Positions 11,951 to 24,995 of a stretch of DNA of 64,000 nucleotides are shown piece after piece; the stretch's first letter is position 1; every line of letters starts with the position of its first letter. The notes under the pieces were generated by a model. It saw only the letters and a program-made list of their open reading frames with translations. It was not told the DNA's origin and made no database searches. Location: the NCBI GenBank assembly GCA_034780895.1, contig JAUZTB010000001.1:106177204-106241203 (forward strand). Reading direction: 5' to 3'. The position numbers and the translations under genes are program-made. The stretch comes from Rhynchobatus australiae (lineage: Eukaryota).

Positions 11951-13512
11951 TTATGGCAATTGATTCTGCTGAGACAACTTGTACAATTTAACTAATAAGC
12001 ACTTATTTGAATACAGACACTAATTAATTGTATTTCAATCACTCTTTCAGAATTGCATTATCGCTTCTACTTTATTGAAAAACTTCTTTACATTCTGCAA
12101 TGCTATTTGTTTAGAGCTAAAAAAGGCAAGTGGATGAAATATGTGACAGAAATTGGTTCGAAATTAGTCATAAGTCAAAGATGAGATGACTTTTATTTAA
12201 GAGAAAGAATGGTTATGTAATGAATTCTGCTGACAAGCTTTAAAGTTAAAGCATAAAGAAAAACACAGAAAGGTGTTGGTTGCTAATATTTAAATTAATT
12301 CATGCATGAACACCTAGTNNNNNNNNNNNNNNNNNNNNNNNNNNNNNNNNNNNNNNNNNNNNNNNNNNNNNNNNNNNNNNNNNNNNNNNNNNNNNNNNNN
12401 NNNNNNNNNNNNNNNNNNGGGAAAAATATTTTTTTAAAAATCACTAATTCAGCTAATATATTTGACTTGATGTAAATATTTTCCATTTAGTATTCTGTGA
12501 ACACAAAATGTAGTTTTCATCTTAGACAATCATGGTAGACAAAATCTTTAATATAAACTGCTTTTTATAAATATATGGAAAATAATCTCAATGAATTTAA
12601 TATAATTCAATTCAATTTGTTACAAAAGATTTCAGGGAATCTTGCCCTTTGCTTTCTTTGATAACTGTTATGTTAGGGTGAAACCCTCCAGTACCATTTA
12701 ATTATATTGCAATGAAGATGAAAAATTTGCATTTCTTATTCAAAAATTGGCACTGCATTCATTGAAGAAACCCAAATAGTTTTAGGCTGAATTTTAATGT
12801 GCAAAATTCATAAGGGCAAAATGGAGGCCAAAATGTTGAAACTTACAATGGATTGGGAAGGGAATGGGATGTGGGAAAATTTGACTCTTATACTTTCTTT
12901 CTGCAAGAAAAAAAAGCAAATAACAATCTGGCAAAGGATAGATTTCCAGCATCTCTAATGGATATTTAAAACTTGTGGGTTTGCATAGGTTAATGCTGTA
13001 GCAGGCGTAAGTATGGATCTAGTATACTCAGGGCAACCTGGGGTAATTGGCAATCCTTGAAATGACAGCTGGAAGGCACCATCAAAGCCTTCCAGCTATG
13101 TTGCTTCACCATGAGCTACTGCTGGCTTGTTCTGGTCTCATCACATTTCTGCTTGCTAATCCCTGGACTTACTCGACTAGCACCTCCCACGAAGCATTCA
13201 GCCGATATCAGAGAAGTGCACTGAAGTGAGCTGCTACTTAGGGAGGTATGGCAGTAGCTCACTGCAGTTGTTAAAATGAAACCTGTGGCTAAGTTTAAGT
13301 AAGCCCTCAGCCCATGCCTTCTCCCATGTGAACACTGCTCAGTCTTTCCTAAACAGCCCCAAACCAATCTGTAGACTTAATGATTTTCACCTATCCCTGA
13401 ATATGCTGTATGCTCCATTATTCCAGTTTCATCAAATGTAAACATTGGATGACAAGGGATTCAATAATTACTGTTAGAATGTTGCAGCTCTGAAGAAAGG
13501 TTAACCACATTG
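11661..13512. repeat. 177-bp inverted repeat pair (11661-11837 / 13336-13512)
   Basis: Manual ungapped alignment gives 12 mismatches in 177 (about 93%). Confidence 0.97.
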
Positions 13513-13744
13513 TTTGTCCACTTGTGACCAACCAGGACACTCTGTGGAGAAGTCCATCTTCAGTATTCCATTCCGAGGCTCACTCATCAAGTCAGTGTCG
13601 TTGATCAATCAGCAATTTTTTTCTCTGGATTTTAGAGGACATGTGCAAACACATTTACAAGGTTACAGAGAATATTTATTAATGGGCCAGATCTTGCTGG
13701 TGAATGCTGGTTGTTCTGTGGTGAACAGAGAACCAGCAGAGGAC

Positions 13745-14015
13745 AAATTTGAGTCAACTACATAACCATCGGAGTAACACAAAGGCAAGACTGGCAGAGG
13801 AAGGCAGATTTCATTTCAAGATGCACTGAGTGAACCAGATACATTTTTATGAAAATCTGGGTGCAAAATTGTCAGTATTATTGATATTGACTGTTCCTTC
13901 CAGGTTGACTTAATCATTTGAACTTAAATTCTGCAGCAGCTGTAATGAGATTCAAACTCATGACTCTGGATCAGAAGTCTAGGTCTTGGGATATTAGTCA
14001 AGTAACTTAACCTCT
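13745..14015 (-). mobile_element. Old tRNA-derived SINE fragment
   Basis: gagattcaaactcatgactctggatc..ctaggtc..attagtcaagtaacttaacc reads as a reverse-complement tRNA-like head. Decayed. Confidence 0.5.
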
Positions 14016-14739
14016 TAAATGTGATATACTCTACCACCACTGCTCTGGGTCACTCATGCTCCAATTTTTCACCACCATGTTTGTCATCTTGGATCAAAGA
14101 TGATCTCAAAGGCAACTGGTTTGTTATTTCTGTAAGATTAATTATTAACAGCTGTTAGCTCATCACTGGACAATTGGCAACCATAGATTTGAGCTCTCTT
14201 TAATGCACACAGCAGGTAATTGGAGTGTGCAGCATCAGGAGTAACACAAATCACCATAAAACACACTTACATTGCTCCCACCCACATGGCAGCAGAATGG
14301 AACTGGCAAAGTTTCAGCTGCAATTCGTTGCAAGTTGATGCATCAACACATATTCATATCATTGAGCTTCAGCTGTGCATTAATTACGTTGCAAACATAT
14401 GCCCTTGGCAGAGTAGTTTCAAGTGCCCAACTTTGAACTACATGACAAGGACCAAAGCCGACTGACCTTTTAATCTAGGTTACCATGAGAAAGTTGCTCG
14501 ACACTGACTTCTCGTCACCCAATCCAGGATGGCAAATGATGGGGAAATGTGGGAGTGAATTTTGTTTTACGCTTGGAAACCTTTCCCCTAGAATTCTAGA
14601 AACATTATGACATAGGAGAAGGCCATTTAGTTCATTAAGTTCCATGAAGTTCATACCTGGATGGTGTAGAGCAATCTATTTAGTCCCATTCTCCTCCTCC
14701 TTACCCAAAGCCTTGCAAATTACCTTCCACATTTCCTAA

Positions 14740-15045
14740 TTACATTGTAGGCCAGTCAGCCCATTGGGTCTGTGTCAGCTCAAAGAGCAATCTCGTTCCC
14801 TGTAACCTATTCTCCCTACGTTCCCATTAAGTCTCCCCAAATTCTACCATTCACCTATACATCAAGGCAACCTTGAGTGGTTGATTAAGCTACCAAGCCT
14901 CATGCCTCTGGAATATGTGAGGAAACTGGAGCACCTAGAGGTAACCACATGGTCACAGGGAGAAGGTGCAAACTCCACACAAACAGTACCTGAGGTCAGG
15001 ATTGAACCCGGTCCCTGGTGAGGCAGAATATCTACTTAGCCACCA
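14740..15045 (-). mobile_element. V-SINE (HE1-like)
   Basis: gaggaaactggagcacc..cacagggagaaggtgcaaactccacac..gaggtcaggattgaaccc. Confidence 0.8.
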
Positions 15046-16099
15046 TTTTCCTTGTACCTATCTAATACTCAATACTGGACTTTCAAAAGTCCAGATTGAT
15101 AGTGTTGTCAGCACTGTTACAGTGAGTTCCAGATCACAACCATTCCCTGCATCCCCTTAGGCTATCAAATTCTTCTCCCAGTTTTGTTGTGGACTTCACA
15201 AATGGTATGAAGGATTTTCTTCTGCCACTGAATGGATGGGCCAACTATTATATTGGTCAGAAGTTAAATGTGTTGTGAATTGCTTGTACTTTAAAAAACA
15301 ATGAAGACCTGGAGGGAAAATATCAACACCAAGAATTACTGCAAACAATGTAATTCATTCAGAAAAGTCCAGAAATAAAATTGACAATGTCATCAAGTAA
15401 CACTATTAAAGTAATACAGTTAGCAATATATGGAAGATAAACAAACAGGTAAGGAGTAAAATTGTCTTGTAATGATATTTTCTTTATTTATTATTAATTT
15501 TTTTACAACATTAATATTTTCTCGTGAAAATTGCTTGAAATTTCCAATTGCTTCTGCAAGACTAAATTGTTTGACCAATAGGCAACATGAGTGAAACTGA
15601 CTGATTTAATCAAGAGCAAATAGTTTTTAAATGACCTTATGTCCAAAGATCCATATCATTACAGGTACTTCAGAGAAATAATATGATTTCGAGCTATTTG
15701 ACTTTTGAAGCATTAAAGATTTGATTTGACTATTTATTAAATAATACTTTTGTTTTGGCATCATTTTAGCATGTTTCAGCATTGTTTTAGAATTGAGATT
15801 TTGTCACATTCTTCTTTCTCATTAAAATTATCCTGAGATTTTATTAACTTCTTTTTAATGGTTTGAAGATACAGATAACAGATCAGGTGTGGCCAGTCCT
15901 ATATCACTCATTTTAAATGTCAAGTAAGCTTATAATTTCCCTTTCTATCCTTTGCTCATTTATTATAACTTATTTTATCTGGTTGTTCAGTTAATCGGCT
16001 TCATTATCAATCCTGTGAAATAACAGTAATGTAAAATAAGGGTTTTATGTTGAATTTACAGGGTGAATCCTAACACAACAATGAATGTAATGTTGGTTT

Positions 16100-16460
16100 T
16101 CTTTAGGAGTATGGTTAGGCCTCATTAAGAATACTGTGCCTAGTTTTGGTTTATTCATATGAAGGGGAATACTGAGGCTCACAAAACATCTTAGTTACCC
16201 TGAGATGCTCAAAACAGCTGGGTCTGTACAATTTTGAAAATATTAACTATCCAAATTGAGTTTGTGAATCAATTATATCAACTGAACAGATGGTGGAAGA
16301 CCAGGGGTCACACTTGTCAGTTTTTATGCATGGACAGAATGAATTGGCTAACTTTTTCCAGAAAACAATGAAGTTGTTTACCATCTCATCAAATAATTAT
16401 TGATTCTCTGAATTTCTTAAAACAGGAAACTAAATCTGTTTTTGGCTTGGCTAAAGTTCA
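16100..16460 (+). mobile_element. Highly decayed CR1 fragment
   Basis: atggttaggcctcattaagaatactgtgcctagttttgg (VRP.LEYC.QFW-like) and later gaccaggggtcac (TRGH-like). Confidence 0.55.
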
Positions 16461-16510
16461 CTTCATGCAAAAGTTGGTTTCCCTTTAAAAACCAATTAGG
16501 GTCTACTTGA

Positions 16511-16710
16511 TGAAAAACATGATGATGCTGGAGGAACTCAGCAGGTCAAACAGCATCCATGGAGAAAAGCAGGAGGTCAGCATTTCGGGTCAGGACCCTT
16601 CTTCAGGACTGAAGATAGGAAGGGGGAAGCCCAATATATAGGAAGGAAAAGCAGAGCAGTGATAGGTGGACAAAAGAGGGGAGGCGGGGTGGGCACAGGG
16701 TGGTGATAGG
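16511..16710 (-). mobile_element. Penelope-like terminal repeat, ending at an assembly gap
   Basis: Inverted homologue of 17433-17627. Contains a hammerhead-like core at 16583-16606. Confidence 0.8.
16577..16610 (-). ncRNA. Minimal type-I hammerhead ribozyme motif (PLE-associated), probably inactivated
   Basis: Minus strand reads AGUC-CUGAAGA-A-GGGUC-CU-GACCC-GAAA-UGCU-GAC. Core and stem II are intact, but U16.1 is replaced by C. Confidence 0.65.
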
Positions 16711-17240
16711 NNNNNNNNNNNNNNNNNNNNNNNNNNNNNNNNNNNNNNNNNNNNNNNNNNNNNNNNNNNNNNNNNNNNNNNNNNNNNNNNNNNNNNNNNN
16801 NNNNNNNNNNNNNNNNNNNNNNNNNNNNNNNNNNNNNNNNNNNNNNNNNNNNNNNNNNNNNNNNNNNNNNNNNNNNNNNNNNNNNNNNNNNNNNNNNNNN
16901 NNNNNNNNNNNNNNNNNNNNNNNNNNNNNNNNNNNNNNNNNNNNNTGATCTTCTGGGGTTGCTTTCTTCCCTGGCTCCTTTTAATTAATTACATTTTAGA
17001 TCCTTCCTTAATTGTCCAGATTTAACTGGTTTATTGCCTCCCTAGGAGATCACATAATTCTAGGTGGGTTGTGTTTGTCTGCATTGTGGCACATTGTAGC
17101 ATTCAATTTCATCCAATAGGATAGGTGAACCAAACATCTGTCATTTCTGTAAGTTTGTTTATTTTCCTTACATTCCATTTCTCCTATTTACCAATCAAAT
17201 TAACAAAATATTAATTACATATATTTGTTTTATTTTTTAG

Positions 17241-17348
17241 ATTCCAAAGAAACAAATTCCTGCCAATTGCTTTCCCACACTGCTACAAACATTCCTCCTC
17301 AGATTCAAATGGACAAATTCTGTTGATAATGAAACAATGATTGAATAT
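17241..17348 (+). CDS. Candidate symmetric coding exon (108 nt), product unknown
   Basis: Acceptor atttgttttattttttag, donor TAT|gtaagt. Length is divisible by 3 and only the phase-0 frame is open (IPKKQIPANCFPTLLQTFLLRFKWTNSVDNETMIEY). No partner exon or family recognised. Confidence 0.3.
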
Positions 17349-17432
17349 GTAAGTGAGTGGAAATATAAAAACAGAATACCTGTCAGATTGGAATACTGTT
17401 CCCAGTGGAACTTAGATCCACATCCTGCATTA

Positions 17433-17663
17433 CCTATCACCACTTTGTGTCCACCCCACCTCCCCTCTTTTGTCTACCTATCAATACTCTGCTTTTTCCT
17501 CCTATACATTGGGCTTTTCCTATCCTCTGTCCTGAAGAAGGGCCCTGAACTGAAATGTTGACTGCCTGCTTTTCTCCATGGATGCTGCCTGGCCTGCTGA
17601 GTTCCTCCAGCGTCATCATGTTTTTCATTTAGATTCCAGCATCTGCAGTCCTTTGTTTCTCTC
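17433..17663 (+). mobile_element. Penelope-like terminal repeat with complete 3' end
   Basis: gtcctgaagaagggccctgaactgaaatgttgact (hammerhead-like, 17529-17563) followed by gatgctgcctggcctgctgagttcctccagc..ttccagcatctgcagtc. Confidence 0.8.
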
Positions 17664-19374
17664 ACATTTAAGGAGCTCGCTCCTCACTCTGAGCTCAAAT
17701 CCAACTGTGTATTTGCTGATATCTCACTACTCTTTCTAAATCAGTTTATTTCCCTTCTCTTGGGTTGGCATTGGTCTCCCAGAATCCACATTCACAGCCC
17801 TCCTCAGTGCAGTGTTGGGGATGAGAATAAACGCACCAATTCTTGGTCTGTTTTAGAATGCCGTGAAACTGAAATGGAGGTAGTGAAAGCTTTATTTCAA
17901 TATTCACAGGATCTGGGATTACAGATTAGCTGGAATTCAATTCGCTGCTGGGAACCAATTTTAGATAAAGTGACTGGAATGACAATCTCAGTGCAGCCAC
18001 GTATGGTCCAGACCAAGGTTGTGCAGTACCAGCCATTCCAGTGATTTATAAATGATTTAATAGAAGTTAAGAGTGTCATTCAATTTATTCTGAGATAAGT
18101 CAGTTCGAGCAGTTGCAAACTATTATTGCTTAAAGCTTGGCGATCATAGACAGGACATTTACTTGCACATAAGTGGTCTATTTGTGATAATGGCTTGCTT
18201 AACCAATGTATTCTTAGAACCTCATGGTTAGCTTAAGGCATTCCTAGATATTTCAAGTGACTTGGTGTTCCATGCATCAGTCCACTTCAAATCACATCTC
18301 TATTTGGACATGAATCTTTCCTCCTTTGGTACTACAACAGGACTTTCATCATGAACGAATAGACCTAAGAGATAAAATGCACAAAGGGAAAATGTAGCAA
18401 TGTTTGTTCGGAGAAATGAGAACTATCACGGGGTGCTGGAAATCACCCTAATGTTGAGGGAAAATAAACCATTATAGTTTCTGCAATAATTATAGATGCG
18501 CCATCTTTACACAGACTTGAATTTGCCATTCTAGAACCACGTGAAAGTTGCCAGTGGCTTAAAGATGTTGTGGCAAACCTTTTTGCTGCAGCTTTTGAGA
18601 AACAAATCTGGCCTTCTCATTAAGGAGGGGCCTAATGCCAACACGAATATCAATTATCCTCGGTTGTCTGTGGTGGCTTGGACCCTTGTGCTAGCACAAC
18701 CCATAAAATCCAATAATTTGTGCATTTTACAGTCGCGGTCAAGTGCAAATGCCAGTACCATTACTATCTTCTTGTCATGGTATCAAATACAATGTTTGAT
18801 GGAGAAGCAACTTGACTTGGATAAAATATATACATTTCTTGTCAGAATGATTTTTAGTAACTAATACTTTTTACAACAGCCTATCAAAAATGCTAATGAA
18901 ATTTCATTCCCAGTAAACAGACACTGTCACATGGCAGAACAGAATATTTTAATGGAGAGCTTCATTCAAAATAAATTCTTCCCTTCCTGGTAAAACTCAT
19001 ATTGCAAATATTCTATAACCTTAGTCTGGACAGTTGACAATATTACCCATACATGGCTGCACTGAGGTTCTCATTCCAGTCACTTTATCTAAAAATATTC
19101 ATAAACTTTAATCTGTTCAAATGTAACTTGCAGTATGCTGAGTTCACACCCCAGTAACGAATACATTGTTATCAGAAGTGGATCACGGGATTTGTCAACA
19201 AGAGTTGAAATATTTGTGATGTTCACCCAAACATGACTCCTTTTGGGCACCTGTACTATTACTGCATATTTATTTCTTATTTCTTTCATCATACTGTAAA
19301 AAAAGAATGCTGGCTGATGGTTGCACAATGTTCAATTTCATTCAAAACCACTCAGAAAATGATGAATTTCTTGT

Positions 19375-20950
19375 CTGCAAAGAAGCAAGACTTAGGCAAT
19401 GCTCGGCTGCAGGTTGATAATTGACAAACAACATGTGTGCATTAAAAGTGCTGGGCAATGAGCATCCTCAACAAGGGATGCTCGCAAATGTAGTTCCGCT
19501 GTATAAGAAGGGTGGGAGGCAGCATAAAGGAAATTACAGACCTATTAGTCTGACATTGGTGGTGTTATTGGAATCAATCCTCAAGGATGAGGTTATAGAA
19601 TACCTAAAGGTGCAAGGCAAGATAGGCCCAAGTCAGCATGGTTTCATGAAGAGAAGATCCTGCCTGACCAATCTATTGAAGTTTTTTGAGGAAATCTCAG
19701 GGTGGATAAGGGAGAGGCTGTGGGTGTTGTGTATTTAGACTTTCAAAAGGCCTTCAACAAGGTGCCACACAAGAGGCTGATTAATAAGATGAGAGCTCAT
19801 GGAATTACAGGTAGGATATTAGAATGGGTGGAGNNNNNNNNNNNNNNNNNNNNNNNNNNNNNNNNNNNNNNNNNNNNNNNNNNNNNNNNNNNNNNNNNNN
19901 NNNNNNNNNNNNNNNNNNNNNNNNNNNNNNNNNAATGAGAGGGGACCACATAAAAACATTTCAAATGTTGAAAGGACTGGACAGAGCAGATGTGGTTAAG
20001 CTGTTTCCCCTGGTGGGTGAGTCCAGGACTAGAGGGCACAATCTTAGAATCTTAGGGTACTGGTTGAAAACAGAAATGAGGAGAAATTTCTTTAGCCAGA
20101 GGGTAGTGAAATTATGGAATTCTTTGCCACGTACTGCTGTGGAGGCCCAATCATTGGGGTCATTTAAGGAGGAGATAGATAGGTATCTAATTAGTCAAGG
20201 TATCGGGGATATGGGGATAAGGCTGGAAATTGGGGATCAATAGGAATAGTTTTGGTTTAGCTCATGGAGCAGACCTGATGGGCCAAATGGCTGACTTCTG
20301 CTCCTTTGTCTTGTGATCTTGTGAACAATGGAACGTCTAACCGCTTACTGTTGATATTCCAAGGCATTGCCATCCACTGAGTCCTTAACATCATTGACCA
20401 GAACCTCAATGAGAGCAGCCACAAAAATACCATGTCTACAAGAATTGATCAGAAGCTGGGTATCCTGCAGTGAATGAATCACTTGATTTCCCAAAGTCTT
20501 TCCACCATCTACAAGGCACAATTCAGGGTTACAAAGTAATACTCTCTATTTCCCTGGACGCAATAAGCCCTGATAACACTCAAGAAAATCTACTCAAGGG
20601 CAAAGCAACCTTATTATTGGTACTTCACCCTTCATGTTAAGCATTTTGTCCCTCAACTACAAATGCAACATGTTTACACTGTGTACCATATATGAAATAC
20701 ACTGGAGTTGCTCACCAAAGCTACTCCACCTTATCACTTCTACTTTCAAGAAGTTCAAGGTGTAGACCTCTGAAGATATCAGATAGTGTTTGACCTCCAA
20801 GTCAGTGACATGAAAGTAATTGTTTTTCCTTGTCAAGTCCTAAAATTCCCTTCCCAACTTCACATTCAAAGGACTGCTTCACATTCTCAAAGTTATTAGG
20901 GATGAGTAATAAATGCTGGTATTGCCAACAATATCTTCATTGTGTAAATG
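19375..20950 (+). mobile_element. Old CR1/L2-group LINE 3' portion, interrupted by a younger CR1
   Basis: KQDLGNARLQVDN..AMSILNK at 19380-19475 continues at about 20325. The 3' end ttagggatgagtaataaatgctgg is the reverse-orientation equivalent of 22935-23700. Confidence 0.6.
19483..20323 (+). mobile_element. CR1 LINE, younger subfamily (5'-truncated, gap inside)
   Basis: ANVVPLYKKG..GNYRPISLT..SQHGFMK.RSCLTNLL / VYLDFQKAFNKVPH / RTRGH..LWNSLP. Tail ttgtgatcttgtga. Confidence 0.93.
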
Positions 20951-21254
20951 AATTAAATTAATTATATGTTCCTGCCACAGATAATTGGAAAATGTATTGA
21001 ATTCTGTCAACAGTGGTTAACTTCAGTAGCTATACAGCTTCAGATAAAATCTGATTTCAGAACAGTATCTTCACCATTGCAGATGCAACTGCTTGGCTGA
21101 TGGATGTGTAATGCAATTGAACTAAATGTAATCTACTTCGTAAAAGAGAAAAATGTAACATTATTCAGAGAAGCTGTAGAATTTAGATCTGAAAGATATT
21201 GAAAATTTAGACTGATACATTGAAAAGCAAGTTACGTAAACTTTGATTTGAACT

Positions 21255-21575
21255 TAAGAACATAAGAAATAGAAGCAGGAATAAGCAATTCAGCTTCATG
21301 TGCTTGCTATACCATTAAATAAAATCTTGACTGATCATGGATAGTATTTTCTTACCAGAACCTCATGTCCCTTGAATCCTTTAATACCTAAAAACCTATC
21401 AGTCCCTGTCTTGAACACACTCAGTGACTGAGCCTCTACTCCCCTCCTGGATAGAGAATTGTGAAGATTCATTACCCTCCAAGGAAGAAATTTTTTCTCA
21501 CTCTCGCCTGAATAGCCAACCCATTATCTTGAGCCTAACACCCCTGGTCCTAGATACTAAAGCCAAGGAAAATTT
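21255..21575 (-). mobile_element. CR1 3' end, decayed
   Basis: taagaacataagaaatagaagcagga tail, then gagcctc..gatagagaatt..aagattcattaccctc. Confidence 0.75.
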
Positions 21576-22934
21576 TTACTATTCTATAAATTCATAATGG
21601 ATTGTCCTCGTCACATTTCATGTTTAGTCACAGAAGTTAAAAATTACATAAACTTGGCAACAGAAGTATCAAAGTCCAAGGGTAGTTTCATAAGGATCGC
21701 TCAGTCCGGCAGTGAATTCCACATAGATTCTGACAAGTGCAGAGATACCTGACGACAACTGCTGCTTGACGATATCTCACCAGAACATGGTCCCTCTCAG
21801 AAATGTGAGGTTGGGAATTGGTAGCTTTTCACTGACTGCTGGGGATTGTGTTAACCTTTCGCTAACTGCCATCGCAATTTCAGGCGTCATCGAAATTAGA
21901 TTAATTTGAACAAGTCCTGGGCAAGGTGAGTCATTCTGAATAATCTATACTTCCTTAATTTGAAGAGCAAGTAATAGTGCATTGCTACAGGATTTATTGA
22001 TTCAGAGCAGCTTAAAAGTCAAGTTAGAAGAATTATTTTGGTTGTATGCAACTCAAGTTTTATCATGTATAAACAGCTCACATAAGTTACGAAAGACTGT
22101 GTATCAGGATTATGGTTATTAACTGTCTTGTAATGTACGCGATTTCCCACATCTGAGTGGATAGTCCTCCGTCCTGTATGACATTGATACCAGATGATAA
22201 TTTTCTATTAAAATCAATGGAGACTGGGGACAGGGCACAAATAATCTCCATGGTAATCATAACTCCTTAAAAGGAGTGGAAGGTAACATAATCAGTCATT
22301 TTACCCTGTAGTGCTACACCATATGGAACCAACAGGAGCAGTGTGGAGGCCCACGATGAAAATGTGACTCCCCCTGCTATATGTTCCTGAGGCCAAGCTC
22401 ATGCCATGCCTGGATCACTGGTTTCCTCTCAATGTCAGGCCAGGGTCTTTGGGCCCACTCTCGGTCTTTGGACACAGGCAATCCTTGGTTTAGGTCCCCA
22501 TGGAGACCAAAGGGTGGATCTAGGTCTTTAGTGTCCACCCAAGGTCACATCCACATTCCCGAGGGGCTGGCTGCTGTTGGGCCAGGTCTCGGGACACAGC
22601 TAATGTCGGGTCTAAGTCCTGAGGGTACAGTCACAGCCCAGCTCTTTGGTGCCCTCTTAGTTGGGTCTGGATGATTGGGACATAGTCAATACCATGCTGT
22701 AGTCTTGGGAGTCCAATCAATATTTCACCCAAGTATTTGGGACTCGAGCAATATCAGACCTCAAGGCCCATGCAATGTCAGTCCTTGGTCCTACATGACA
22801 TCATCCAGGAGTGCACCCACTGCTGTGCCTGGGAATCAGGAGCGGTCCTGATGCCAGGGACCATTCCTTTGTCTGCAGGTTTCTCATTCTCATCAATTGC
22901 AATATAAATTTTTTTTCTTTAATTGTTTTTTGTT

Positions 22935-23700
22935 TAATTCATTTTTAGGACCTGAGCATATTGGTGAGGCCGAAATTTATGGCCCCTCTCTAAATGCCCT
23001 CAAGAAGGTATGTGAGCTGCCTTCTTGAACCACTATGGTGCTTCTAGTGAAGGTACTCCCACAGTGCTGTTGGGCAGGGAGTTCCAGGATCAAAACCCAG
23101 CGATGATGAAGGACAGATAATGTATTTCCAAGGCATGATGGTGTGTGATTTGGAGGGGAGCCTGCAGATGCTTTCTACTGGTAGAGTTTGTGGGTCTGTT
23201 GGATTAGTGCAGGCGAGTAACTGCAGTGCATTTTGTGGATGGGTAATACTGCAGCCACTATGTGCCATTAGTGATGGGGATAAATGTGTAGGGTGGTTGT
23301 AAGGATGCCAATCAAATAAGCTGCTTTCTCCTGATGATGTTGAGGTTCTTGAGAGTTTTTGGTGTTGCACTCATTCAGGCAAGTGGAGAGTATTCCATTG
23401 TTAGATGGTAGAAAGGCCTTAGGATAGTAGGAGGTGAATCACCTGCTGCAGAACTTCCAGCCTCTGACCTGCTGTAGCCTCAGTATGCATGTGGCTGGTC
23501 CAGCTGAGCTTCTGGTCTCCGGTGACTCCCCGGATATTGATAGTGGGGGACTCAGTGATGGTAATGCCATTGAATGTCATAAGTAGGTGGTTAGATTCTC
23601 TCTTGTTGGAAAAGTTCACTGCCTAGCACTTGTGTGGCATGAATGTGACTCACCACTTATTAGCCAATCTTGTCTAGGTCTTGCTGAACATCGGAATGGG
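22935..23700 (-). mobile_element. CR1/L2-group non-LTR retrotransposon, 3' portion
   Basis: ORF 23419-23619 (SNKRESNHLLMTFNGITITESPTINIRGVTGDQKLSWTSH) is a post-RT LINE segment with an LGV..D.KL.W..H-like motif. A 3'UTR follows. Confidence 0.8.
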
Positions 23701-23938
23701 CTGTATGTGCTGGGTGATGCATTTAAAACAAAATGAATTACCATCCATGCCTCAGTCCCAGATTTTACTCTATTAAAGACAAACTCTTGTACATGAACTT
23801 GAAAGATTCCCAGAGAGAGGTATCACTGAAAGACACCACCTCTCTCTGGGTGAAGGGTGAAGGAAATTAGTCCATTTTCCTGACTTAGGGGAGTGGGAAA
23901 TGTTTGCCTTCCAAATTTGATCCTTTTTAAGAAAGAAC

Positions 23939-24281
23939 TGTCATGGTTCTGAGTTCTAGCCCTCGATTTGGCTCCTTAGATGCCTTGTTGTACAGCACAT
24001 GGATTCCATGCTGGACTGATTGTATAATGACACACACCTGAGCCCCATCAGGGGCCTAGCATAAGTACCTGGGTTTCTCTAGCACTAGTTGCCAGAGTAT
24101 TGGTCAACCTTTGGCTCCTGGCTGCTTAGAGTGGTCTACTCTAGAGCAGTCCTGCGTTCTCTGTACCTCTTTGAATATCCAGTTTGTGTTGGGATTCCTC
24201 TGCTGATCTCTGAGGCAAGATTCTTTCCAGTTGCTGCATTTGGGTTGTCTGTGAGCTTGCTCTTTGCTCAACATTGTGACA
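23939..24281 (+). mobile_element. LTR-like segment (Gypsy-type solo LTR or 5' LTR)
   Basis: Starts TGTCA and ends TGACA (terminal inverted 5-mer). Internal cacacctg..catca..cataag..ttgccaga pattern. The last 34 bp recur exactly at 25147-25180. Confidence 0.55.
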
Positions 24282-24604
24282 GCCTCTCCTTAGCTGCTAA
24301 CTCTACCACGAGCCTTGAATCCCATGCACACCATCACCCCATGCTTCTCTGCCCACTTAACTTACTCATCAGATTTGCTGCTGCTTCCTTGACTGCATCC
24401 CTCTCCAACTATTTCCTGGGGTATTTGTAACCCAATCTCCCTCTTTTAAAGAATTGTTACCCTCCCCTTCAAAATCTCACATTTACTATTCTTACCAAAT
24501 ACCAACCAATTCCATTCTCTCTTATTTCCTGTGGTCTTGAATATGGCATCAACTCCCAGTCTGTTCCATCTCCTGTTCAAGTTATTTCATTCACTTTCTC
24601 ATTG

Positions 24605-24763
24605 GAGTGCAGGAGGGGTGATCTGACAGAGGTGTATAAAATCATGAGGGGTATAGGTAGGGTCAATGCGTGCAGTCTTTTTCCCATGATTGGGGAATCA
24701 AGAACTAGAGGGCATAGGTTTAAGGTGAGGGTGGAGAGATTTAATAGGAACCTGAGGGGTGAC
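24605..24763 (+). mobile_element. CR1 fragment
   Basis: aggggtgatctgacagaggtgtataaaatcatgagggg..aactagagggcataggtttaagg. Confidence 0.85.
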
Positions 24764-24995
24764 TTTTTTTAACAAGATGAACTTTATTCATAATAAAAGA
24801 AACTATATACCATAATAAAACAGTTCAAACCTTTACATTCATGTACAGTTCCATTCTTTGTGTTACTTCTTGGGGGGCTCCCTGGGGGGGGGGGGGAGAA
24901 ATATCCCAATCCTGTATTTACAATATTTGAGGGGGTTCCTCACCTGACCCCATCCCTCCCGCTCCTGTTGCAGAAAAACCCTAGACTGTTGTCCT
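24764..24995 (-). mobile_element. L1/Tx1-like LINE 3' end
   Basis: A poly(T) followed by ctttatt (reverse-complement AATAAA plus polyA), then a 3'UTR running to gaaaaaccctagactgttgtcct at the gap. Family assignment is from recall. Confidence 0.55.

Noticed and set aside
11661-13512. A DNA transposon with 177-bp TIRs
   Set aside because: A SINE continues across the left arm into the interior, and there is no TSD or transposase.
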